In this document: piece after piece, positions 11,515 to 21,849 of the stretch
How positions within the stretch are numbered: position 1 is the stretch's first letter
How the letters are laid out: each line of letters begins with the position of its first letter
Assembly (NCBI GenBank): GCA_043228905.1
Contig: JBHGNT010000099.1
Coordinates: 1-64,000 of the forward strand
Length of the DNA stretch: 64,000 bases
Origin: Azolla caroliniana
Lineage: Eukaryota > Plantae > Polypodiophyta
Direction: 5' to 3'
Translations under genes and position numbers: made by a program
Notes under the pieces: generated by a model
Database searches by the model: none
The model's input: only the letters and a program-made list of their open reading frames with translations
What the model was told of the DNA's origin: nothing

Positions 11515-12722
11515 ACATAATCACAAGAATTGCACCATATTTGTTGGGTATGGAAAATCTCATGGCTACAAGGGTTATCAATTTTACATTGACCTAAATG
11601 TCAAACGATATTTATTTAGTCAATCACCGATGTGCGATGAAGATAGCCTAATATCTCATACATGAAAAGACACAAGCTACAACTACCATACCAAACCCCT
11701 CAAACATCAAATCCAACAAACAATATCATCAACTAGTACTTTTAAATAGGCTCCGCTAGCTTCCTAAAAAATCAAAGTCATAATTGACAACATGCTCATC
11801 GAACATCTTCAATGAATATTCACATCACTAGACGCTCAACCACATATTTCCCCTTTAAGTAATGACTCATCTCTAATAAACAAATAATCATTACAAGGAG
11901 AGCCATATGCTCCAATTACAAATAATAGTAATCTTACCCAAACTAGAAAGATATCTAATCATGATCTAAATATTCATTACGACAAGGGAAAGGAAGTTCT
12001 TAGGAGATCATCAATAAGCCTGGATTGCACTTGAAAAACATGTTGTATTGTACTTAGCCATGCTTTGGTAGATATGTATGCAAAATGTGGTGCAATAATG
12101 AATGTCTATGGCAACCTAAGAGCAGTTGAGAAAAAGTAAAAATCCATGATCAAGTTAAGAATATTTGGAAGTGTCCATCATTGTATCATTTAAATCACTT
12201 TAGACATAATATACACCATTGTTGGAATAAAAAACATTCATAATATACACCTAACTCACCTTGATTATTCATGTTTCCATTCTCGCAAAAGCTCCTTTAT
12301 CCCATTAAGAAGATCGTCACGAGTCTATGGAATAGACCATGACATCAGTAACAAAGGATACCAAAATAATCAAATTACTAGGGTGTACAAATGCCTCTTA
12401 TCCCGTCTAATGGAGAATGCATGGAACATACCAATAATTTTCACATTTTAGCACTAAGAAATTAGATGATCTTTAGTTCACTTTCTTTGCAATTAGCTCC
12501 CGCTCACTTATATCAAACATTCTTGACGATTCAGTCATTATCAATGAGGCAAAACAATGTAGAAAGGAAAGCCATTACGGAAAAAGAACTTGAAACTCTC
12601 TCTTTGTCAACAAAAATGGATTCTAGTACCACTCCTTATAGGCCACTTGCCTATCTCATGCAAAGAAAAAATTATGTAACTCTAATGGTACAATAGTATG
12701 CCATCAAGCTCGGCTAATGGCT
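11515..12722 (+). mobile_element. Highly degraded Copia pol relic (INT C-terminus to RT start) inside the left arm
   Basis: CTIFVGYGKSHGYKGY at 11530-11580, followed by RT-start-like remnants. Inverted homolog of about 22635-23900. Confidence 0.7.
11980..12098 (+). pseudogene. PLS-class PPR motif fragment embedded in the Copia relic
   Basis: DKGKEV...LEKHVVL...ALVDMYAKCGA, frameshifted. Confidence 0.7.
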
Positions 12723-12892
12723 TTAGATTATTAAACACCCTTAATACTTAAATGTTCTTATGTCACTTTAAGATCTTAAGGGTTTTAGATTAATTAAACC
12801 AATTGGATAGATTAAAGAACTTATACTCAAACGAAAAGTTTTTATACTTCAAAACAATATGTCACTTACAAATACAAACAATTATACAAATC

Positions 12893-13470
12893 ACTCTATT
12901 AGGAGGTCTGGAACAAGTTGTTGTCGAAGATCAGCTGGTTGTTGTGTCATATCCGCTTGTTCTGTTTGCTGAGCTCAATCTTGTATTAGTTCAGACTATG
13001 GTACATCCACGAGGTCGACAAGGTCCCCTCCATCTTCATCTATAGGTTCCATCGGTTCTCTAGAGGTCAACTAAAACATCTCAATTTCATTGATATGCCC
13101 ATATACCTTGGATCCTCATTTTAATAAAATTAACTTGTGAGGGGTCTTTCTCCAAGGTGACATAGTTCCGGAACAATTTCAGAAAACATGCGGTCGTTGT
13201 TCCTGAATAAACAATCGTAAATGCGTAAGTAAGAAAACAAAGTCGAGAAAATCAATTTTATATGAAGATAAATTGATCATACTTATAAGAATAGCTGTTC
13301 TAGAGAATAAGTTGAGCACCCAATCATCAGAGTTGGAGAGCAACTCGATCAATTGCTTTATCAAACATTGGGGCTTTTGGTACGGGTTAACTAGACACTT
13401 GTCACCAGAAACATGGCGTAACTTCTTCGTCATAGCTAGGCGCATGATATAATTTACGATGTTTCGTATT
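12893..13470 (-). pseudogene. C-terminal fragment of a beta-class N4C/N6A DNA methyltransferase with a 92-bp intron (13294-13203)
   Basis: The spliced translation reads VNPYQKPQCLIKQLIELLSNSDDWVLNLFSRT/GTTTACFLKLFRNYVTLEKDPSQVNFIKMRIQ. This matches the N6_N4_Mtase pattern HPTQKP..LI...SN.GD.VLDPFxGxGTT......R...G.E.D......RI. The acceptor TTTATTCAG is intact; the donor reads CT and is presumed mutated from GT. Confidence 0.75.
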
Positions 13471-13474
13471 GAAC

Positions 13475-14120
13475 ACCAACGGGCATGAGCGACCATGTGC
13501 AGTCCTCGCCTAGGACTGGATCACGAATACCAACGGGCATGAGTGACCATGTGTGGTCCTCACCGGGAATTGGAACATGAATAGCAGCAGGCATGAGCGA
13601 CCATATCAATCCTCGCCTCGATCTCGAACACAAACAATAGTTGGAGTGAGCGACAATGTACGATCCTCATCGGAGATTGGAACACAAATACCAATGGGTG
13701 TAAGTGAGCATATGCGGTCCTCACAAGGAACACGAAAACCAATGGGAATGAGAGACCATGTCGGTCCTCACGGAGAGATGGAACACGAACACCAACGGGT
13801 GTGAGCGACCACGCGCCCCTCACCGAGAACTAGAACACAAACGGATGTGAGAGACCATGTGGCCCTCACCGAGAACTAAACACGAACAGGCGTAAGCAAC
13901 CATGCGGCCCTCACCAAGAGTTGGATCACGAACGGATGTGAGCGACCATGTGTGGCCCTCATCGGGAACTGGAACGTGAGCGACCATGTGCGGTCCTCAT
14001 CGAAAACATGAACGAGCGTGAGCGACCATGCGGCCCTCATTGAGAACTGGAACATGAATGGACGTGGGCGACCATGCGGCCCTCACTGAGAACTGAACAC
14101 GAACGAACGTGAGCGACCAC
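13475..14120. repeat. Minisatellite, about 14 units of roughly 37-51 bp
   Basis: Recurrent core GAGCGACCATGTGCGGTCCTCA followed by CCGAGAACTGGAACACGAAC-like sequence. Confidence 0.9.
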
Positions 14121-14124
14121 TAAA

Positions 14125-14716
14125 CCCCTCCAACTGGTGCACACAGATATATGTGGTCCTTTGTCTACCCCATCCCTATCTGGAAATGTATATTTCCTAA
14201 CATTTATCGATGACTTTACTCGTTTCACGATGGTCACATTTCTCAAGACAAAATGTAGTGATCAAGTCCTTGAGAAATTCAAAGCCTATCATAAACTTGC
14301 AACAAATCAACAAGATTTACCCCTTAAAGTACTCCAATCAGATAATGGTGGAGAATTCAAGTCCCAAAACTTCCAAACTTATTGCCAAAACCATGGGATT
14401 CAACAATGGTTTACCATCCCATATACACCCCAACACAATTCAAGGGCTGAACGACGAAACCAGTTGTATATGGCTGCCACTCGTTGCATGCTCGCCGTTG
14501 CAAACCTTCCCCGAACATATTGGGAAGAGGTTGTTTCAACCGCTTGTTACATATTCAATAGAACATATAGTCAATCCACTAGGACAACTCCATTTTCCTT
14601 ATGGTTTGGAAAAAATCCTAATTATGAAAATCTAATAATCTTTGCATGTCCATCATATGCACTCGTACCCTTAGAAACTTGATCAAAATTAGATAATCAC
14701 GCCGCTAAAACCATCT
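14125..14716 (+). mobile_element. Copia integrase-core fragment
   Basis: LVHTDICGP...FIDDFTR...LQSDNGGEF...YTPQHNSRAERRN (ORF 14137-14682). Confidence 0.88.
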
Positions 14717-14737
14717 AAAATTTTGCTTAGGGGGGAG

Positions 14738-14917
14738 TGAAGAAAATAATAAGCAAAATAAAGTAAAATAAATTATTATGTAGTTCTTATTTAGTTCCTA
14801 TGAAATCGGTTTCCTTCATGAGAAGGAAACCGTATGTCTATTTGTGGTGGCCTTATAAAGCCACCACCACCAACGTTTGTATGAATGGCATTATACTAAT
14901 AATAAAGTTTCTTTCTG

Positions 14918-14966
<49 letters not shown>

Positions 14967-17900
14967 TTCTATCTCTCTTTCTCTTTCATTTCTACATGGT
15001 ATCAGAGCCTATGCCTATGCCTTTCTAAATTACAAAATACATGCCCTTATCATAAGTTAAGTTTCATGCCCATACAAAAAAAAAAAAAACTATATATTCA
15101 TAGTGTCCAAGATCGTCAAATAACGAACGACAATTTGTGTTTGCCGTGCGCTGATCCGGACAGCCCTCTGCAATAATGGCACAATCTATGTCGTCGTCGC
15201 AACTCAACATGCGAAAGTTCACGATCGAGAAATTGTCGGACACAAATTACCGAATTTGGAAGGCAAGATTAGAATTACTTTTTAAATATAATAAAGTATG
15301 GGACATAATTTCAGGATCGTCGACAAAACCCGAAAAAGGCGAAGAGCTTGAAGAATTTGAAGAAAAAGACTTGTGTGCAAGAATGGAAATTCTAATGCAC
15401 GTAAGTGATGGCACCGGAGAAACATTACGAAAAATGGAGACCGCTCAAGAAATGTGGAAGCACTTACAAACTATCTACGAACCAAAGAATGACGCCCAAC
15501 AAGCACATACACTCCAAGCTCTTGTTAATTACAAGATGATTGACGAACAACCGGTTGGTGATTTTCTATTAATGTGGCAAAAGAAATTAGATGATGTGTT
15601 AACTTCTGGATTGGAAATCCATGATAAATTACAAAAGATTCTCCTTCTTGGTGCTCTTCCTCACTCGTGGTCCACTTTCCGAACCACCCAAAACTCTATA
15701 AATTGCCCAACGCTAATTGATCTTCTTGCAAACATTAGACAGGACGAAACAATGCGTTCACAAAGGTCTTCAAATTCAACTCCAAGTATGGCAATGGTAG
15801 CATATAAGAACAAAAGGTTCACCCAAAGAGGAGAAAGCTCGAAGCCGTGGATAAAGAAAGATCAAAACACTAAACAAGGAGAAATGTGGTTCAACAATAC
15901 CTATTGTAAAATATGCAAACGTACAAATCATGCAACCAAAGATTGTCGCGCAAAGTCAAATTTCAAGAGTTATCAACCATGGAAGCGTGTACAAGCCCAT
16001 CTTGTTGAAGAAGAGATGGATGATGAAAAAGCCATGGGAGGTGGACATCGAAATGGTGACACGTATGACGATGTTCTACAAGCGTTCATTGCCGAATCAC
16101 TTTCCGCCACGATTCCAAATCCAAGTAATGCAAATGACATGTGGTATCTAGACACTGGTGCTACTAACCACTTAACTAATAGAAAAGATTGGTTAAGTAA
16201 TTATAAGGAAGTTGAACCTCCTATCATTGTAAGATTTGGAAATAATGGGACTAAACAAGCTATTGGCAAGGGTAATATTACTTTTGAAGTCACAGGAGGA
16301 AGACATTTCACAATCAATGAAGTTCTCTATGTCCCGGGCATCACCAAACATTTGCTATCGGTTAGCCAAGCAACGGCAAATGGTACAATAATTGAATTTC
16401 ATCCTAACCATGCTATTATTAAACATAAAGCCTCAAATGGAGAACTTATTAGAACATGTTGTAAACGAGAAGGAGGCTTATATCCCATAAAATGTATTCC
16501 TACATCTCTTATTTTAGAAGCACATCATACTACCCCAATACAATCCTCCATATCTTTAACCAATCTTCATTCTCCTTCTTCTCTTTGGCATTTTCGTCTA
16601 GGTCATATGCATTTCAATGCTCTAAAAACACTACAATGTAATAATCTAGTCCATGGTTTGCCAAAAGAACCTTTCAAGCCTATCTCTTTGTGTGAAAGTT
16701 GTATCTTTGGGAAAATGCCCCAACAACCCTTCCCAAAGCATAGATCTAGAGCCACTAACCCTCTTGCATTAGTACATAGTGATCTATGTGGTCCTTTTCC
16801 AACCCCTTCTCTTAGTGGAGCCAAATATTTCATTAGCTTTATCGATGACTTTAGTCGATTTACAATCTTGCATTTTCTCAAGTACAAGAGTCAAGCTTAT
16901 CAAGCATTCAAAGAATACAAGGCTCGAGTCGAAGTGCAAACATCATCAAAGATTAAAAGTCTTCAAACCGATGGTGGTGGTGAGTATGTGTCTCATGAGT
17001 TTCAAAGTTTATATCAAAATGAAGGCATACATCATAGAATATCAACACCACACACACCACAACAAAATTGTGTATCCGAAAGGAAGAATAGATCACTTCT
17101 CAATATGGCTCGAAGTATGTTACAATTTGCTCACTTATCGCCTCAATTTTGGGAGGAAGCGGTTGGCACCGCTTGCTATATTCAAAATCGAGGATTTCAT
17201 AGGTCTTTGGGGCTCCAAACCCCTTATGAATTATGGCATGGTCACAAACCTAACCTAAGTAATCTTCGTATTTTTGGTTGTGATGCTTATGCTTTTGTGC
17301 CAAATGTTCAAAGAAATAAGCTAGATCCAAGGGCTACAAAATCAATCTTCATCGGATATGGAGAAGCTTCGGGATACAAGGCGTACAAGCTCTTCGATCC
17401 ACAAAAACAAAGAATATTCTTTAGTCGTAGTGTGATATTCCAAGAAAATGGGCCTTCTACAAAGGTTTCTTCTTCACTATCTTTTAATCTACCTCCCTTA
17501 TTACCTACCCCTAATTACTTACAACCATATTCCTCAACCATCTCTAATACTAATAGCTCTCATATTGAAGGAGCCAACATTGGCTCATCCTCTACTTCCA
17601 CAATTTGTGTTGCTCTTCCATCTATTCACAAGGCCAAGAACAATCCTACTCAACCAACTAATTCTTCTTCTCATCCTCCCTCATTCCAAACTCTAGATGA
17701 TTCTCTTCCTCATACTCCTTTAAATACACACTATTTAACCCCCACTAATAATACAAATAATGTTATCTTCTCCACTCCCTCTCCTAATCCTTCATTCCAA
17801 GTGTCATCACCAACTTCTCCACCAAACTCTCCACCTCCAAAGTATAGATCTCTAAGTAGTATTTATGAACAACTTGATCAAATGGAAGCACATTTCGTCG

Positions 17901-19078
17901 ACTTGGACCATGAAGCTTATATTCAAGAAGAAGATATTCCAACCCTTGGTGATGACACAAATCTATCGGCCAAAGATGCACTTTCCGGACCGGATTCTAT
18001 CAAATGGAGAAAGGCTATGGAAGAAGAAATGAAGGCTTTACTTAAAAATGGTACGTGGACCCTCGTTGAGCCTCCAAAGGATCGACAAATAATTGGTTCT
18101 AAATGGGTCTTACGCATAAAGCGAGATAGTAATGGCAATCCAATTCGCTTCAAGGCTCGTGTAGTTGCTCGAGGATTCTCTCAAGTACGAGGTATTGATT
18201 TTCAAGATACATTTAGTCCAACGCTAAAAATATGTGGTTTTCGAATGCTCGTTTCTCTTGCCGCACAACATGATCTCGAATTGCATCATTTGGATGTACA
18301 AACGGCTTTTCTTCATGGAGATTTAGATGAAGAACTTTATCTACAACAACCACAATTTTTTGAAGATCCAAGTCATCCAACACATGTTTGTCGACTTCGT
18401 AAATCTATTTACGGTCTTAAACAATCTCCACGCATATGGTATCACAAACTACACTCTTTTCTCATAAAAGTTGGATATCATCGTCTAAACAATGAGCCAA
18501 ATATCTATGTTAGAAAAGCCAAATCCAATTTTGTTATCATAGGTGTCTATGTTGATGATTTGCCTTTGATCTCTAACTCTAAATCTTATCTAGCTATTGC
18601 AAAGAAGGAACTTGCATATGTTTTTCCTATTACCGATTTAGGCCCTATGACCCATTTTCTAGGCATCAAAATAACTCAAGATAGAACAAATCATACTATC
18701 TCATTATCACAATCAAATTATGTTAATTCTATCCTCCAAAGATTTGATATGCTCCATAGTAAACCTATTAGTACTCCTCTTACCTCTCCATGTAAACTTT
18801 CAAATGATGATTCTCCTAAAAATGAACGAGAAATTTCCGAAATGAAGGATGTACCCTATAAGCAAATCCTTGGATGTATAAGATATCTAGTAAGTTGCAC
18901 ACGTCCCGATATTTGCTTTGCCGCCAGTTTTCTTTCTCGTTTCATGGCTAATCCAGGACCAAAGCATTGGATCGCGCTCAAAAGATTACTTCGATACTTG
19001 AAGCATAGTCAACATTATGCGTTGACTTACTCCGCTACACAATCCGAGTCAACCACACTTGTGCAAGGATGGACAAAC
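14738..19078 (+). mobile_element. 3'-truncated Copia element: LTR 14738-14996, iMet PBS 14997-15008, no RNase H or 3' LTR
   Basis: 259-bp TG...CA LTR with TATAAA and a (CT)n tract, then TGGTATCAGAGC. The ORF breaks off at LVQGWT, where the RNase H motif GxxDADW should begin. Confidence 0.88.
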
Positions 19079-19093
19079 CCATATTCGCCATGA
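15176..19093 (+). CDS. Copia gag-pol polyprotein (gag, zinc knuckle, protease, integrase, RT), uninterrupted but lacking RNase H
   Basis: 1305-aa ORF: CKICKRTNHATKDC, WYLDTGA, WHFRLGH..CESC, VHSDLCGP/TDGGGEY/SERKN, RFKARVVARG, YVDDL. Confidence 0.93.
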   Translation: MAQSMSSSQLNMRKFTIEKLSDTNYRIWKARLELLFKYNKVWDIISGSSTKPEKGEELEEFEEKDLCARMEILMHVSDGTGETLRKMETAQEMWKHLQTIYEPKNDAQQAHTLQALVNYKMIDEQPVGDFLLMWQKKLDDVLTSGLEIHDKLQKILLLGALPHSWSTFRTTQNSINCPTLIDLLANIRQDETMRSQRSSNSTPSMAMVAYKNKRFTQRGESSKPWIKKDQNTKQGEMWFNNTYCKICKRTNHATKDCRAKSNFKSYQPWKRVQAHLVEEEMDDEKAMGGGHRNGDTYDDVLQAFIAESLSATIPNPSNANDMWYLDTGATNHLTNRKDWLSNYKEVEPPIIVRFGNNGTKQAIGKGNITFEVTGGRHFTINEVLYVPGITKHLLSVSQATANGTIIEFHPNHAIIKHKASNGELIRTCCKREGGLYPIKCIPTSLILEAHHTTPIQSSISLTNLHSPSSLWHFRLGHMHFNALKTLQCNNLVHGLPKEPFKPISLCESCIFGKMPQQPFPKHRSRATNPLALVHSDLCGPFPTPSLSGAKYFISFIDDFSRFTILHFLKYKSQAYQAFKEYKARVEVQTSSKIKSLQTDGGGEYVSHEFQSLYQNEGIHHRISTPHTPQQNCVSERKNRSLLNMARSMLQFAHLSPQFWEEAVGTACYIQNRGFHRSLGLQTPYELWHGHKPNLSNLRIFGCDAYAFVPNVQRNKLDPRATKSIFIGYGEASGYKAYKLFDPQKQRIFFSRSVIFQENGPSTKVSSSLSFNLPPLLPTPNYLQPYSSTISNTNSSHIEGANIGSSSTSTICVALPSIHKAKNNPTQPTNSSSHPPSFQTLDDSLPHTPLNTHYLTPTNNTNNVIFSTPSPNPSFQVSSPTSPPNSPPPKYRSLSSIYEQLDQMEAHFVDLDHEAYIQEEDIPTLGDDTNLSAKDALSGPDSIKWRKAMEEEMKALLKNGTWTLVEPPKDRQIIGSKWVLRIKRDSNGNPIRFKARVVARGFSQVRGIDFQDTFSPTLKICGFRMLVSLAAQHDLELHHLDVQTAFLHGDLDEELYLQQPQFFEDPSHPTHVCRLRKSIYGLKQSPRIWYHKLHSFLIKVGYHRLNNEPNIYVRKAKSNFVIIGVYVDDLPLISNSKSYLAIAKKELAYVFPITDLGPMTHFLGIKITQDRTNHTISLSQSNYVNSILQRFDMLHSKPISTPLTSPCKLSNDDSPKNEREISEMKDVPYKQILGCIRYLVSCTRPDICFAASFLSRFMANPGPKHWIALKRLLRYLKHSQHYALTYSATQSESTTLVQGWTNPYSP

Positions 19094-21615
19094 TAAATTG
19101 ATGGTTGGACGTCCATGCTACTAGAAAATATTTGATAGAAGATTAACTAGTGATCATTATATGTATGGGAATGAGAAATTAGAAATGAGATGCAACTGAA
19201 TATGAAACATAACGAATCTATTTTTTGACAATTATAAATAGTGCTTTAAAAAAAGTTTAGTTATTCCTTGGAATCAATGTCTATTAAACGTGCCCGTTGC
19301 ATTTCGACTTATAGGTTGCATATGGTTAACACACACTTAGCACATGGGCATTAATTTAATAATGAGAACTTCCAACTCTACATTGAATTATATGTTCACA
19401 AAAAATATCATTTTGAAAGGTACTAGACCTCATCCTATAATTTTTAAATGGTTTATTAGCGTCTATTTTAAAATTCAAATATTTGTATGAATAATGAAAC
19501 TTTTAGCATCTCTCACTTTTACATCATGAAATAATGCCAATGTCACAAACTCAACAATATTTGTGTTCTCTACATCATATTATTGATTGCTCGAGGACCA
19601 TGTATGGAACATTCAAATGGAAATATGTCTTTTTCTAACTACATCTTATATTATTTGCTTACTAAGGGGTGAGATTGAAAGCCCATAGCTAGTCAACACA
19701 TGTATGTTTTGTATGTAGGCACACTTTTGTGCGCCCATAACTATCTTCATGAGTATCGACTCCCAACTTTTATCAAGGTTGAGCATGATATGTGTGATCC
19801 AAGCACACACAATACAAAGATTCATATTATTAATATATATGGCCATATTAATGTTGAGATCTATAATCTCCAACTTAAAACATGTGACTAGTATATGTCA
19901 TGTACCTTGATCTTACACTTGAACTGTGAAGAACTTTAATTAAATTGCAAAACCATGATCTTAAACAAAACAAAAAGGGAAAATCATTTTTATGGCGTGG
20001 CCTCTTGATAAATTTATCTTTTCCTTAGCAATAGAAAGCAAAAAGAGTCAGAGTTTAACTCAAATGAAGTGAAAAAATTCATTTGTAGGTAGAGGAGATG
20101 GGGAATGTAATGCCCTTACGTGGGGTGGGGCATGATAATAATGAGAAAAATAGCATAGATCAGCAATATATTGATGCTCACTTATAAGTTATAAGTTATG
20201 AGATGGTGAAGTATGCCTACACCCTTGGATCTACATCTTCTCTCCTCTTTTCCATCTAGTAGTGCTTCTCATCATTCTCTTTCTAATTTCTTCTCTTAGC
20301 AATGTGGAACTATTTAAATACTATCCAAATACATCCCCTTTTTCATGGTTAAGGAGAAGACCCATTGATCTTGAAGGCTACACTTAGGTTTTTCTTTTTT
20401 CTTATATGATAATAATGTTGCAATACAAATAAAATTCTTTACAATTCTAGTTTGCAGATTTCATGGTGTGTAACATTATATACTAAGTCTAACTCACTTA
20501 TATAAGTTGGGAATATACCCTTATATGCCAATAAAATGAATCTTTATATTGTGTGTGTGTGTGTGTGTGTTTGTTTCGATGACATACAGTCTTGACAATT
20601 AGAAATCAATACTAATTAAGATAGTGGTAGGGTCAAAAACATGTGTATACACAAAGACATACACACGCCACCGAGCCCATTATCTCAAATAGCCTTAGTT
20701 ATTCTGATGTGGAGCCATATGCACTCCTTGTGCAATCAATATGATGGACCAACATGAATGTAATAAGAAGCCCTAGATAGACTTACTAGCATGTGGGCCA
20801 TAATTGTTGTTTCTGCAAGTATTATTCAATGGGTCCATTGCCCGATATCCAATAGGAAACACAAATATATTGTTTGAGTTTGTAGTGGTGTATAGAAAAG
20901 ATTATTACGATTGTTTAATAATCTAAAACCCTTAAGATGTTAATAACATTATTTTAAGAACATTGAATGAGCTTTTTATTTTGAAACGTGGATGTTGCTT
21001 TTCTAACATACATGCTAACTAGCTTTTGTTGAGTGTAGAGTTTGAAGTTTTCATTATTAAATTGATGCTTCTACGCTAAGTGGTGTCTGAAGCAGTTGGG
21101 CCTACAACGGTACCTGTAGATTTCATATACGTACCATACGTGCATTTTGCATTCGAGAATGGTAAACACCCTCGAAGTATGGTAAATACTAAATACCATA
21201 CTTTTGTATTCATTATTATTATAATTTATAAGGTAAAAAATGTAATAAAAAAAACATAAGAATGTTTTGATAACATGCGCATTCGTTTGCTTTTGTATGA
21301 AAAAGAATGTTTGCCAATGCATTCGAGTATATTACGTACTATGGATTTATGAGAAAGAATAACTTTAATTACTGTTGTCTAGCACCACTAACCATTGTTA
21401 TACAAATAGATTCCTTTGATTTGATACATTTGCGTCTCATTCTAAATCTATGATATCTCTAATTAATTCATGCATCAAATAGTTTCTAGCAAACATGAAC
21501 ATTGAACCATCATGCCATTATGTCAACACATGATAGTGTTGAATTGTTGAAAAAATTGCTGCATTGAAAATAACCGTGAGAAAATTTAAATAATATTTAT
21601 ATACATACATATATG

Positions 21616-21654
<39 letters not shown>

Positions 21655-21849
21655 GAAGATACTTTAATCGTAATTGTAATAATGAGTAAACACTTAACAT
21701 GATAGCGTTTCTTAAAGATGGTTACAAAGTTACAACACACCATGTATTATTATTCTTTACACCTCTCCTTGAGAATAAATATACGCATAACCTCCATTAC
21801 TGTGTCCAAACACCTCAAGTGTGTGTACTACGAAAAGCGTTATGCATTG

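Larger units (their letters stand above)
6544..12722 (-). repeat. Left arm of large inverted duplication (partner 22635-30504)
   Basis: Reverse-complement identity across the FRO gene, its introns and UTRs, and the adjoining Copia relic. This arm lacks about 1.6 kb present at about 23905-25490. Confidence 0.93.

Noticed and set aside
12723-12800. Inverted similarity to 20911-20960 (TTAGATTATTAAACA, AACCCTTAAGAT) as TIRs of one element
   Set aside because: Short AT-rich motifs with no TSD and unclear ends. More likely two fragments of one repeat family.
13475-14120. CRISPR-like repeat/spacer appearance
   Set aside because: The apparent spacers are homologous to each other, the repeats are degenerate, there are no cas genes and the context is eukaryotic. 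It is a minisatellite.
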